From positions 2,144,001 to 2,208,000 of the forward strand of contig CAWIIQ010000001.1 of the NCBI GenBank assembly GCA_963836185.1: a stretch of 64,000 bases of DNA, in the 5' to 3' direction. Shown here piece after piece: positions 1-9,935 of this stretch (position 1 is its first letter; each line of letters begins with the position of its first letter). Under the pieces are notes generated by a model. The model made no database searches. It worked only from the letters and a program-made list of their open reading frames with translations, and was not told the DNA's origin. A program made the position numbers and the translations under genes. The DNA is from Candidatus Krumholzibacteriia bacterium. GTDB taxonomy: Bacteria; Krumholzibacteriota; Krumholzibacteriia; Krumholzibacteriales; Krumholzibacteriaceae.

Positions 1-122
1 CTTGCATTATCGACGACGATGACTTCGTATTCACCGCCAGGCGGATGCTCCTCGAGGGAACGCAGGCATTTCTCCACGGGGGAAAGGCTGTTGTGAGTTA
101 CAATGACTATAGATAGATCCAT
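1..122 (-). CDS. Glycosyltransferase family 2, N-terminus (runs off window edge)
   Basis: Manual translation MDLSIVIVTHNSLSPVEKCLRSLEEHPPGGEYEVIVVDNA is a classic GT2 N-terminus. Confidence 0.85.
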   Translation of the reverse strand, partial: MDLSIVIVTHNSLSPVEKCLRSLEEHPPGGEYEVIVVDNA

Positions 123-140
123 AAAGCTTCGATCGAGGGG

Positions 141-857
141 TTATTTCCATCGCCTGGGATTCATGAACCTGAGCCTCCAGACCATGAACATCGCTTCCCA
201 GACGATCTTGCGTGACATCTTCGAGATGCCGACCCGCCTGTCGGTAAAGATTATCGGTATCTCGACTATCCTGAATCCCTTTTTCCAGCAGAAGAAGTTC
301 ATCTCGATCTGGAACGAATATCCGTCGCTTCTTATCGTATCGAGAGGGAGCTGCTCAAGAGTCTCGCGCCTGAAACACTTGAAGCCTCCCGTAGAGTCTT
401 TCAATGGAAGGCCTGTGATGATACGTGTGTAGACATTCGCACCGTAGCTGAGGATCAGCCTGCTCAGGGGCCAGTTGATGACGGTGATCCCGTGGAGATA
501 TCTCGAACCGATCACCAGGTCCCGTCCCTCCGCTGCCTCGAGGAATTCCGGTATCGCGCCGGGGTCATGAGAGAAATCGGCGTCCATCTCAAATACGAAC
601 TGCGTATCTGTGTTGGCCAGCGCCCACTTGAATCCAGCAATGTATGCCGATCCAAGCCCGAGCTTTGCCTCCCTGTGGATGGCGTGTATACGCGGCTCCG
701 AGGCCGCCCGCCTGTCAACGATATCCCCCGTACCGTCGGGAGAATTGTCATCAACGATGAGGATCTCATATTCCTCGCCCAGCGCGAGGACCGCATCTAT
801 GATCTCCCCGATATTTTCCTTCTCGTTGTATGTCGGTACGACTATCAGCGCTTTCAA
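141..857 (-). CDS. Polyprenol monophosphomannose synthase (Ppm1/DPM1-like GT2)
   Basis: VPTYNEKENI, VDDNSPDGTG, KLGLGSAY, EMDADFSHDP, GSRY, DSTGGFKCFRR, GYSFQIE motifs. Confidence 0.9.
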   Translation of the reverse strand: MKALIVVPTYNEKENIGEIIDAVLALGEEYEILIVDDNSPDGTGDIVDRRAASEPRIHAIHREAKLGLGSAYIAGFKWALANTDTQFVFEMDADFSHDPGAIPEFLEAAEGRDLVIGSRYLHGITVINWPLSRLILSYGANVYTRIITGLPLKDSTGGFKCFRRETLEQLPLDTIRSDGYSFQIEMNFFCWKKGFRIVEIPIIFTDRRVGISKMSRKIVWEAMFMVWRLRFMNPRRWK

Positions 858-861
858 TTCT

Positions 862-3331
862 CTATACCTTTCTTCCCGCGAAGACTGCCGGGATCACCGC
901 TATCGCGACGGCAAATACGAACGATACGACCGACAGGATCAAGGATCTTTTTATGACCGGGGACCTGTACTCGAATACTATCTCGTGATCCCCCGCCTCC
1001 AGCGGCAGGGCTCGCAGACAGTAGTTCGCTGTCAGGATCTCCCTCTCTTCCTCCACCGACCGTGGCTGTCCAGTCGGGATAGTCTATCTCGCTGAGCACC
1101 ATTATGCACGGTTTCTCGATATGTGCCCTTACAGTCATAGAATTCAGTCCGTAAGAGACGATCTCCGCCCCGCTTCCCTCGGCCGACTCTACGGCGACCT
1201 GAGGTTCCTTTTCCAGCAGGGTCACGGAGGCGGGATCGAAATCCTGGCTGCTTATCGCCGCCAGGGCATCTCCATGATCTACAACACGGAAGCTGCCCGT
1301 CATGTATACCCTCGGCAGGACATACGGATTCTCATAGATATAGCTCTGCTCCCTCTCGAATACGAGGCGGAATGGTGAATCTTCGCGGAATACGGGGAAC
1401 AGGGAATGGAAATATTTCGCGTTGAGCATGTTGAGGACCGGCAGGGGCATGCCGCCTCTGTTGAAGACGCCGAACATGGCGTCCATCACGTCCTGGTAGT
1501 TTTTCATCTTGGCGGCATGATAACCGCCCATCGAGAAGATACCGGACATCATGTAGCTGTTGTCGCTGAAGGGGAAGACGTTGTGGCTCCAGTTTCCAGG
1601 CCTGGAGGCGGGAACGGGGAATACCCTGAAATATCCTTCCCTTCCTGAAAGGTACCTTGCCGTTTCGGTCGGGGTCGCCAGCCCCTCTTTCATCGAGTGT
1701 GGATTGATCAGCCTGTAGTTCGACGATCTCCAGGTTTTCTCCGGCCTGACGATAGAATGGTCGATCGTCATCAGGTCGGCGACAGCGATCAGGGCGATCG
1801 CCGCGATCACCATTCCGGGCCTGATCCGCCGGCTCGCGGCAAGGAAGACCGCCCCCACCGTGAGCAGGAGAAAGAACCATGTCCGGACAAGGTCACTCGA
1901 AAATCTGCCGGCGGCAAAAGCCGTCCATTGACCCTTGACTCTCGCCGCTACGGCCGGATCCGCCTCGATGGCCGAGCGTATTGAGCCTCCGGCGACCAGT
2001 ACCAGAACCAGAACGGCCGCGCATACTATCACTGCCCATTTCAGCCTGCCTGCCTCAAGTATTGCGGGAAGAGAGCCCTCTTCAGATCTGCGCATGAGTT
2101 CTTCGATCCCGAGAGCGGCGAGGATGACAAGTACAAGCTGCTGGACGATCAGGATCATCACGGGTACGCGGAACTTGTCGAACCACGGCAGGAACCTGAA
2201 CAACGGATCGTAAAGAATGGTGAAATGCTTTCCAAAACTTATCAGTGTGGCAAGAACGGCAGCGGTAAGGAGGAACCACTTAACCCTTCCCTTTACAAAG
2301 ACGGCTCCGATGAACGCGAACAGCGCCGTCACCTGCCCGAGATAGTTGGGATAATCGGTGAAGGGCATGGAGCCCCAGTAGGTCGCCTTACCAAATCCGG
2401 AGGACCACGGCAGGAAGAAGGTCATCATCTCCTTCGGGGAGAGGGACCATCCTGTCGCGAAGTCGTAGTCGAGTCCGCCGCCGCTTCCGCCTCGTATCGA
2501 CCACTCGGCATAGTCGCGCACCGGAAAGACGAGCACGGCGGCTATTCCCACGGCCAGGGCCAGCGATGCGGCGAGCAGCCCGGTCCCGGCGAGCGCTGCC
2601 CTGCCCTTGCCCTCCCTGAAGAGTCCTGCTGCCTCGAATATGAACATCAGCCCGATAAGCAGGAAGGTGTAGTACGAGATCTGCAGATGGCCCCTCAGCA
2701 TCTGCATCCCGAGAACGATGGCAAGGAGCGCGGCGGAGCTGATCCTGTTCTTTCCATCGAGTGTGCCCCGCGTAAACAGCAGGGCCAGAGGCATCCACGC
2801 GATCGCTATCGCCTTCGAACCGTGGCCGTTAGCGCCGGCAGCCAGGTAGTTAGGCATGAGCATGAAGATCACTCCGGCGAGCAGCGAGATTGATGGACGT
2901 ATCCCGAACGACCTGGCCAGCATATACATGCCGGCGCCGGCAAGGAGATAGTGAAGAAGAAGCCACGTCATGGCGGGAAATCCGGCATATTTGTAGAGCA
3001 TGCTCGTTATGAACGATACGGGATATGCGTACGGGGTATAGGCCAGGCTGGAAAAGCTCGGCATCCCGCAGAAGAGATAGGGATTCCAGAGCGGGTATGT
3101 CCCGGATTCGAGGCTCGTCCTGCCGACCGTCCTGAAGCTCATCGGAGCCTTCGTATCGGGAGCGATGAAGACGTTGTCGAGAAAGATCAGTTCGGGCACA
3201 AGGATAGCCAGCACGGCCACAAGGATCACGGCTGCCGCGATACCCCTTTTCCACCCCTTCATGGAATCGAAGCTGCCGACGGGATCGAACGCTTCACGGA
3301 CCGGCCCGGCCGGCTTGCTCTTTCCTGCCAA
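862..3331 (-). CDS. YfhO-family GT-C membrane glycosyltransferase, frameshifted near 1055
   Basis: YPLWNPYLFCGMP, many TM helices, PRVY, YPDWTATV; the family-typical C-terminus (ILTANYCLRALPLEAGDHEIVFEY+TM) is in the alternative frame 862..1056. Confidence 0.85.
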
Positions 3332-3372
3332 TAAACTCTCCTCTATCGATACAGGGGCATGCTACCTTACTG

Positions 3373-3401
3373 ATTGTATCACTTTCACATCGGACGGTAA
3401 A
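3373..3401 (-). promoter_or_regulatory. Putative sigma70 promoter for the yfhO-like gene
   Basis: TTTACC-N17-TACAAT with extended -10 TGn in the intergenic gap. Confidence 0.5.
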
Positions 3402-3404
3402 TGA

Positions 3405-4286
3405 TCAAAATCTCATACCTCTTACAGCCCCCCTCACCGCCGCGGAGAGCAGTTTCCACCTCCCCGTCAGGAAAAGCCCCAGCATCAACCCGATAAACCC
3501 AGCCGCATGGACCGGAAAGAGAAGCGCCCGCCACCAGAAAGGCCTGTGCCTGCTGAAAAGCTTCGATGTGCTCGCTATCCTGTTCTCGAGCTTGAAGGGC
3601 GTCATCCCGCCTCCACTGCTCGAACTGACCTTGTGCCAGACTTTTGCCGCTGGGACATATCGCATCGACCAGCCCTCCCGGGCCGCCCGCAGGCAGAGAT
3701 CGACGTCCTCACAGTATATCCTGTACGACGGGTCGAGGGTCCCTGCCTGTTCAAAGACCTCCCGCCTCGCCATCAGGGCGCATCCGGTGACCCATCCGGT
3801 CGTACCCGGCTTATCGGCACAGCGGCCGTCCATCCTGCGGAGACCGTAGTGAAATGGTACCCCGGTGAGCCTGTTGAATCCGCCCCCCCCGTACCAGATC
3901 CTTTCAGGGTCGTCGTAGTAGAATATCTTCGGTCCCGCTATCCCCACAGCGGGGTCGTCGAACGCGGCCAGCATCTCAGCGGCGAAGGAAGGGTCTACTT
4001 CAGTATCGTTGTTGAGCAGAAGTATGAACTCCGCTCCCTTTTTCAGGACCTCCTCTATACCCACGTTGTTCCCTGCCGCGAAAAGGAGGTTCTCTCCGTT
4101 CTCGATCAGTTCCACACCGGGGAAATCTTTCCTTACTATCTCCTGTGAGGAATCTGTCGAGCCGTTGTCTACGACTGTTATCTCGAGCGGAGGATCAGTG
4201 ACGCGCATCAGGGAATCGAGGCAGGGGCCCAGGACTTCCCTCCCGTTCCAGTTGAGGATTATGACGAAGACTCTGCGCCTGTCCAT
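3405..4286 (-). CDS. Glycosyltransferase family 2 (WbbL/rhamnosyltransferase-like)
   Basis: IILNWNG, VVDNGSTD, LLNNDT, TGCALM, YCEDVDLC; SD GGAG before ATG 4286. Confidence 0.85.
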   Translation of the reverse strand: MDRRRVFVIILNWNGREVLGPCLDSLMRVTDPPLEITVVDNGSTDSSQEIVRKDFPGVELIENGENLLFAAGNNVGIEEVLKKGAEFILLLNNDTEVDPSFAAEMLAAFDDPAVGIAGPKIFYYDDPERIWYGGGGFNRLTGVPFHYGLRRMDGRCADKPGTTGWVTGCALMARREVFEQAGTLDPSYRIYCEDVDLCLRAAREGWSMRYVPAAKVWHKVSSSSGGGMTPFKLENRIASTSKLFSRHRPFWWRALLFPVHAAGFIGLMLGLFLTGRWKLLSAAVRGAVRGMRF

Positions 4287-4287
4287 C

Positions 4288-5457
4288 TCAATCACTCCCG
4301 GAAATGTCATAGTAAAGTTCCTCGATGGTTCCGGCCAGCGAAGACCAGGAAAAACGTTTCTTTTCCTCTGCGAAAGCAGGGGCCATCCTGTCCCCCCAGC
4401 CTTCCTCGAAGAACCTGGCTACCGCTTCCGCCATCGCGGCGGGATCGGCGGGCGGCACTATAAACCCGGTCTTGCCTTCCGAGACGACTTCGGGAAGGCC
4501 TCCTACACGGGTCGCTATCATCGGACGGTCGAACGCTACGGCGACCTGGGCTATAGCGCTCTGCGTAGCCGATATGTAGGGAAGCATAACCAGGTCGGCG
4601 GCGTTGAAGTAGGCCGCGACCTCCTCATTCGCAACATACCTGTCTACGAATCCGATGCTGCCGGAGACGCCGAGTCTTTCCACCTGTTCGTGGTAAGGCG
4701 CGCTGTCCTCGTAGAACTCGCCGACGACGAGCAGCCTCGCTCCCGTTCTTTCGACGATCGCGGGCATCGCCTCGATCAGGTGGCTGAGCCCCTTGTACGG
4801 GCGGATCAGACCGAAGAAGAGGAGGAGCGGGCCATCTCCCTCTCCTATCGCCGAGCGGGCTTCGGTCCTTGTCATGTCGCCGCTCCTGAAAAAATCGAAT
4901 ACCGGAAGTGGATGCGATGTCACCTTCGCCTTCTTCCTGATCCTGAGCAGATTGCGCCTGTCTTCCTGTGATTGGACGACGTATGCGTGCGGCGGCAGAA
5001 AGGCCATCGAGGTGAGAGCCCTGTCTATCGGTGAAGTCTCGTGCGGAACCACATTATGGCAGATGAACACTATCTTCGTGGAGCTCAGCATCCTCAGTAT
5101 CGAACATATCTTTACCAGTGCCGGCGCGAAGTATGGATGCCACCACTGCACGATCGTCAGGTCCGGTTTCCACCGGGCGATCCGGAAACCGGTCCTTATC
5201 CACGTAAACGGATTGATCGAGTCTATCGATCTGTCCGACTCGACCTGGTGCGTCGAACCGCTCTCGTCATACTGTGTCTTTCCGGGGAAAAGGAAATCGG
5301 GATAGAGCCTGGAGTAATTTATGACGCTTACATCGTGACTGAGCGCCAGCTCCCGGGCAAGACTTGTATTGTAATGGGATATCCCTCCCCGGAAGGGCCA
5401 TGCCGGCCCGACGAGGCAGATCCTGAGTCTCCGGACTGATTCTTCGCTACTGATCAT
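4288..5457 (-). CDS. Glycosyltransferase family 4
   Basis: GPAWPFRGGISHY, FFGLIRPYKG, PYISATQS, TRVGGLPE. Confidence 0.9.
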   Translation of the reverse strand: MISSEESVRRLRICLVGPAWPFRGGISHYNTSLARELALSHDVSVINYSRLYPDFLFPGKTQYDESGSTHQVESDRSIDSINPFTWIRTGFRIARWKPDLTIVQWWHPYFAPALVKICSILRMLSSTKIVFICHNVVPHETSPIDRALTSMAFLPPHAYVVQSQEDRRNLLRIRKKAKVTSHPLPVFDFFRSGDMTRTEARSAIGEGDGPLLLFFGLIRPYKGLSHLIEAMPAIVERTGARLLVVGEFYEDSAPYHEQVERLGVSGSIGFVDRYVANEEVAAYFNAADLVMLPYISATQSAIAQVAVAFDRPMIATRVGGLPEVVSEGKTGFIVPPADPAAMAEAVARFFEEGWGDRMAPAFAEEKKRFSWSSLAGTIEELYYDISGSD

Positions 5458-6391
5458 CTATCTGGTACTCGCGAAAAGAAAAGGTCCTCTCCAGAGTGGA
5501 TGAGTAGAGCTCGGCCAGCAGCCCGATAGACCCGATCTGTATCGAGATCACGATCATGATCAGGCCGAGGACCATCAACGGCCTTACATGAAGGCCCATC
5601 CCCATGATCCATTGCACCAGGAAATAAAGGCTGATCAGGCCGCCGGCGGTGAAGAAGGCAAACGCGATCCTGCCGAACAGATGGAGCGGCGTCGTGGACC
5701 TGCGTGTGATGAACATCACCGTCATCAGGTCGAACATACCGTTGAGAAGCCTCTTTGCCCCGTACTTGCTCCTGCCGTACTGGCGTTCGAAATGAGAGAC
5801 CTTCATCTCCCCGATCCTGAAACCTTCCCATCCGGCCAGCACCGGTATGAACCTGTGGAGCTCGCCGTATATATGGATCCTTTTGACTACATCCCTGCGA
5901 TATACCTTGAGGCCGCAGTTGAAATCGTGGAGCTTTATCCCGCTCGCGACAGACGTGGTGAAGTTGAAAAGTTTCGAGGGCCAGGTCTTTGTGATCGGGT
6001 CCTTCCTGTCCCGTTTCCAGCCAGAGATCAAGTCGTACCCCTCGTCGAGCTTAGCGATCATCGCCGGGATCTCGTCGGGATTGTCCTGGAGATCCGCATC
6101 GATGGTAACGACGATCTCTCCCTTCGACGCCTTGAATCCCTCATCGAGCGCGGGTGATTTGCCGTAATTCCTCGAGAAGCTTATGATCTTGACCCGCCTG
6201 TCGCCGCTTCTGAGCTTCCTTATGATATCGAGCGATGAATCGGTGGAGCCGTCATCTACGAAAAGAAGCTCGTGAGCGGAAGCCGTCCTCTCCAGCATCG
6301 AGGTAAGCCGGGTGTAAAGCTCTTCGAGGCTCCTCTCCTCGTTGTAGGTTGGGATTATTACTGTCACACTGTATTTTTTAGCGCTTTCCAA
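5447..6391 (-). CDS. GT2 polyprenyl-phosphate glycosyltransferase (ArnC/GtrB-like) with two C-terminal TM helices
   Basis: IPTYNEE, VDDGSTD, SRNYGKS, DADLQDNP, HDFNCGLK, GELHRFIP. Confidence 0.88.
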   Translation of the reverse strand: MESAKKYSVTVIIPTYNEERSLEELYTRLTSMLERTASAHELLFVDDGSTDSSLDIIRKLRSGDRRVKIISFSRNYGKSPALDEGFKASKGEIVVTIDADLQDNPDEIPAMIAKLDEGYDLISGWKRDRKDPITKTWPSKLFNFTTSVASGIKLHDFNCGLKVYRRDVVKRIHIYGELHRFIPVLAGWEGFRIGEMKVSHFERQYGRSKYGAKRLLNGMFDLMTVMFITRRSTTPLHLFGRIAFAFFTAGGLISLYFLVQWIMGMGLHVRPLMVLGLIMIVISIQIGSIGLLAELYSSTLERTFSFREYQIDDQ

Positions 6392-6413
6392 GATCTACCT
6401 CCGGAATTCCGCT

Positions 6414-7355
6414 TCAGGAATGGTTCCTGTACCATTCGATCTCGCGCACGAGTCCCTCCTCCAGGCCGATCGTCGGCGCGAATCCGAGCTCCGCCGCCGC
6501 TTTCGAGGTATCGGCCCAGGTATCGGCGACATCTCCTCTTGCCTTTTCCATGAAACGGACCGGCGGATCGCCGCCCGTCTCCCGGCTGATTATCTCGATC
6601 ACATCGAGGACCGAGCTCCTGCTTCCCCCGCCGATATTGAATATCTTTTCTTCTCCCCCGTAACTGGAGGCGCGCATATTCGCCTCGACCGCGTCGAGCA
6701 CGAATGTGAAATCCCTCGTCTGTTTTCCATCGCCGTACACTTCTATCTCGCCATCGCCGAGGGCTGCGGTTATGAACCTGCTGAACGCCATGTCGGGCCT
6801 CTGCCTCGGCCCGTATACGGTAAAATACCTCAGCGCCACATATCGCACCCCGAAGTTTACACGGTAGAGCTCACACAGATGCTCGGCCGACAGCTTGGTC
6901 GCGCCGTAAGGCGAGACGGGGCTCGTGACATGATCTTCCCGCATCGGGAGGTCCCTGGTGTCCCCGTATACCGAACTGGAGCTCGAGTATATGATGGGGA
7001 TCCCCGTACCTTTCATCGACTCGAGGAGTCTCTGCGTCGCGAGTATGTTCGAATCGATGTAGTGCGAGAACTCCTCGCCCCAGCTCCTTCTCACGCCGGC
7101 CTGTGCGGCCAGGTGAAAGACGCACGAAGCGCCGTCGAGATGAGAAGCGAGGCTGCAGCTGTTGAGGTCCTCCTCGACAAGAGTGAATTCTTTCGATCCG
7201 GACAGGCCGGAGATGTTTTCCCTCTTTCTGCGGGGATCGTAGTAATCCGTAAAACTGTCGATACCGGTGACCGACCATCCATCGGAGACAAGTCTCTCGC
7301 AGAGATGCGATCCTATGAATCCCGCCGCTCCCGTTACCAGGGCCTTTTGACTCAA
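6414..7355 (-). CDS. NAD-dependent nucleotide-sugar epimerase/dehydratase (UDP-glucuronate/UDP-glucose 4-epimerase-like)
   Basis: TGAAGFIGSH, HLAAQAGVR, SSSSVYG, YGATK, RYFTVYGPRQRPDMA. Confidence 0.9.
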   Translation of the reverse strand: MSQKALVTGAAGFIGSHLCERLVSDGWSVTGIDSFTDYYDPRRKRENISGLSGSKEFTLVEEDLNSCSLASHLDGASCVFHLAAQAGVRRSWGEEFSHYIDSNILATQRLLESMKGTGIPIIYSSSSSVYGDTRDLPMREDHVTSPVSPYGATKLSAEHLCELYRVNFGVRYVALRYFTVYGPRQRPDMAFSRFITAALGDGEIEVYGDGKQTRDFTFVLDAVEANMRASSYGGEEKIFNIGGGSRSSVLDVIEIISRETGGDPPVRFMEKARGDVADTWADTSKAAAELGFAPTIGLEEGLVREIEWYRNHS

Positions 7356-9856
7356 TTTGCCTCCCCCGACGAATCCGGTGCCGTCGATCCGCCATTCCCG
7401 AATTCCGTATCAAGTACATGGTCGATGTTGTCGTACAACTGCCTGAATTCCTTGTCGCCCGGATGACCGTCGAGCCAGCTGCGGACGAATTTCTTCGCCA
7501 GTTCTCTCCTGCCGAAGGTCGCCGCTATCCTGAAACCGTGCCCGAACAGGTCCCTGTGATCAGGAGCGGCTGCGATTGCCCTTTCGAGGACCTCGAGTGC
7601 TCTCTCCGAGTCTCCTCTATCCTCATAGATACTCGCCAGGCCCATCCAGAAATCGCCGTTCGAGGGTTCCCGCTCGACCTCCCTCATATAGTGTCCGACA
7701 GCCTTGTCGATCTGTCCGGCACGGCTGTAGTAGAGGCCGAGGTATTTTCTCGGAAAATCGAAATCGGGATTGAGGCTGTACGACAGCTCGGCCCATCTCA
7801 CCGCCTCGACATAATCTTTCCTCATCGAGGCCTTCTGTGCGAGCTGGAAAGCGGCGACCGCGAAATTGATGAACATCCCGCGGGTATCGGCCGCCCTGTA
7901 GATCGAATCGTCGACATGCCACTCGCTGTCGAGCACCCCGCGAAACTCGTAGATATCCTCAAAATTCCGTTTCATCTGGAACTCGTTCATCTGGTACTTC
8001 TTTTTTATCGATACAAACTTGCGGACCATCCCCTGCATCTCGAGGTACTCGCTGTACGGTTCCCATATTTCAGGCGGGACCGTCACGGCTACATATATCG
8101 GCCGCTTCCAGCTGTTCTCCTGAATGATGTGCTGCATGACCAGGTCCCGTCTCCAGGCTACTTTTCCATTCTTGAGTACGACGGAGCGCAGCCTCTCTAT
8201 CTCTATATCGCTGTAAGATATCGGCACGGGAGGCTTGCGGTCGCGAAGCTGCCTGATATACCAGCTCGTATTGAGCAGCGACAGGTTGGCGATATTGACG
8301 TCGGGCCTGAACCCCTCGACCATCTGGATATACCACAGCGGGTATGTGTCGTTGTCCCCGTTGGTGAATATGACAGCGTCCGGTTCGAGCCCGGCCAGGA
8401 TATTGTAGGCGTAATCCCTCGGAACATAGTCCTGTGAACGGTCGTGGCTGAACCACTGGTACCTCGCCGGCAGGATCGAGACGATCACCAGAACGGCCGC
8501 CACCGCGGCTGCCCACTTGAGCGCGTCCTTCGACTTCGCCCTGACCTCTTCTATCACGAGCATGACCAGCGATGTCGCCCCTATCCCGATGAATATCGAG
8601 AAGTAGTAGAATGCGGCGCCGTAAAAATAGTCACGCTCGCGGACCTCGCTGTCGCTGAAGTTGAGGAATATGATCAGCCCGGCGGAGTTGAGCAGCAGAA
8701 CGGTGAAGTTCAGGACCCACGTCTTCTTCTCTCTCAGAAAGTTCGCCACGATACCCCATATCCCCAGCGTCAGGGGAACGATCACGCTCGCCACTCCGAC
8801 GTTGAAGAAACCGAGGCGCACATCGCCGAAGAGCCTGAACTGATCTGTAAAGTAGTTCCAGAAGTGCTGTATCTGGAAGAGCGGGGATGCCTTTCTCGCG
8901 AATATGTTGATCGGCGGGTACTGCTCCCTGCGAAGGTGAGCGTACATCGCGTCCCAGTTCTGAGGGTCGACCATGTCGATCGCGGGGTCGTGAAAAGACC
9001 GTATGAACATGAAGAGATGAACGGAGATGCCGAGGATAAAGAGAAGCGCCGCGTACAGCGCGAACCTGCCCTTCGACATCGTCGTCCACACCAGAAGCAC
9101 CCCGAATATCGCGAACCCCACCAGGGTCAGGGTCGTATTACGGTGAAGCGTCATGTCTGCGAGGATCACCGCCATCCCGAACGTGATGACAAGAAGCTCG
9201 AAATTGCTGAACGACTTCCTGTTTACCATCAGGATCATCAGGAAGATCCCGCCGTAGACCAGTATCGTCCCCAGATGAAAACCTATCCCCAGAGAAAGCA
9301 GGTAGATGATCAGAAGGATCAGCCCGCTTGAAGTCCCATCCTCGGTAGTTCCGCTGCCGTCATCGGGATGCTTACTCAGCCACCTGAGTGCGAGAAGGGT
9401 GCAGAGCCCCATGACAAACGCACTGAGAGCATAGACCTCCGCCTCGATCGCATCCGTCCAGTAAGTGTCGCTGAATGTCAGGAAAAAAGCGCCGACGATG
9501 CCGCCGGCGTGGGTGGCGATCTTCGCCGCCGCAGTCTTCGCCGCACCGAACATCTGTCGGGCGACCCCGACGATGATCAGGTAGACCATCGTGACCCCGA
9601 GCGCCGCCGTAAATGCCGAGAGAAGATTGACCCTCTGCGCCACGGACAGGGCCACGGGCAGCATCGCGAAGACCCGCCCCACGAGGACGTACATCGGCGT
9701 GCCCGGGGAATGGGGTATCCCGAGGATATATGAGACGGCGATGAACTCGCCGGCGTCCCAGAAAGAGACGGTGGCCGCCATCGTCATGATGTAGACGACA
9801 AGGCTCGTTAGGAATATCACTGCCGCCAGAAGGCGGTGTACGGCGTTATCTGACAT
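7352..9856 (-). CDS. DUF2723/TMEM260-like GT-C protein with C-terminal TPRs, paralog A
   Basis: SFWDAGEF, PHSPGTPMY, EAEVYAL, REQYP, VRERDYF, FTNGDNDTYPLWY, NLSLLNTSWY; multiple TM helices; TPR-like helical C-terminus. Confidence 0.88.
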   Translation of the reverse strand: MSDNAVHRLLAAVIFLTSLVVYIMTMAATVSFWDAGEFIAVSYILGIPHSPGTPMYVLVGRVFAMLPVALSVAQRVNLLSAFTAALGVTMVYLIIVGVARQMFGAAKTAAAKIATHAGGIVGAFFLTFSDTYWTDAIEAEVYALSAFVMGLCTLLALRWLSKHPDDGSGTTEDGTSSGLILLIIYLLSLGIGFHLGTILVYGGIFLMILMVNRKSFSNFELLVITFGMAVILADMTLHRNTTLTLVGFAIFGVLLVWTTMSKGRFALYAALLFILGISVHLFMFIRSFHDPAIDMVDPQNWDAMYAHLRREQYPPINIFARKASPLFQIQHFWNYFTDQFRLFGDVRLGFFNVGVASVIVPLTLGIWGIVANFLREKKTWVLNFTVLLLNSAGLIIFLNFSDSEVRERDYFYGAAFYYFSIFIGIGATSLVMLVIEEVRAKSKDALKWAAAVAAVLVIVSILPARYQWFSHDRSQDYVPRDYAYNILAGLEPDAVIFTNGDNDTYPLWYIQMVEGFRPDVNIANLSLLNTSWYIRQLRDRKPPVPISYSDIEIERLRSVVLKNGKVAWRRDLVMQHIIQENSWKRPIYVAVTVPPEIWEPYSEYLEMQGMVRKFVSIKKKYQMNEFQMKRNFEDIYEFRGVLDSEWHVDDSIYRAADTRGMFINFAVAAFQLAQKASMRKDYVEAVRWAELSYSLNPDFDFPRKYLGLYYSRAGQIDKAVGHYMREVEREPSNGDFWMGLASIYEDRGDSERALEVLERAIAAAPDHRDLFGHGFRIAATFGRRELAKKFVRSWLDGHPGDKEFRQLYDNIDHVLDTEFGNGGSTAPDSSGEAN
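8208..9826. repeat. Direct repeat copy 1 (coding region of paralog A)
   Basis: 8283-9318 identical to 10863-11898; 8208-8252 identical to 10788-10832; 9375-9826 near-identical to 11967-12418 (few mismatches). Confidence 0.95.
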
Positions 9857-9906
9857 CGCATGATCCAGTCGCAACAGGCTTATACTCTCTCTAACCTGAT
9901 AAATCT

Positions 9907-9935
9907 ATTATAATTCCACGGAGTTTGGAAGTCAT
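9907..9935 (-). promoter_or_regulatory. Putative sigma70 promoter for DUF2723 paralog A
   Basis: ATGACT-N17-TATAAT in the AT-rich spacer between the paralogs. Confidence 0.55.
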
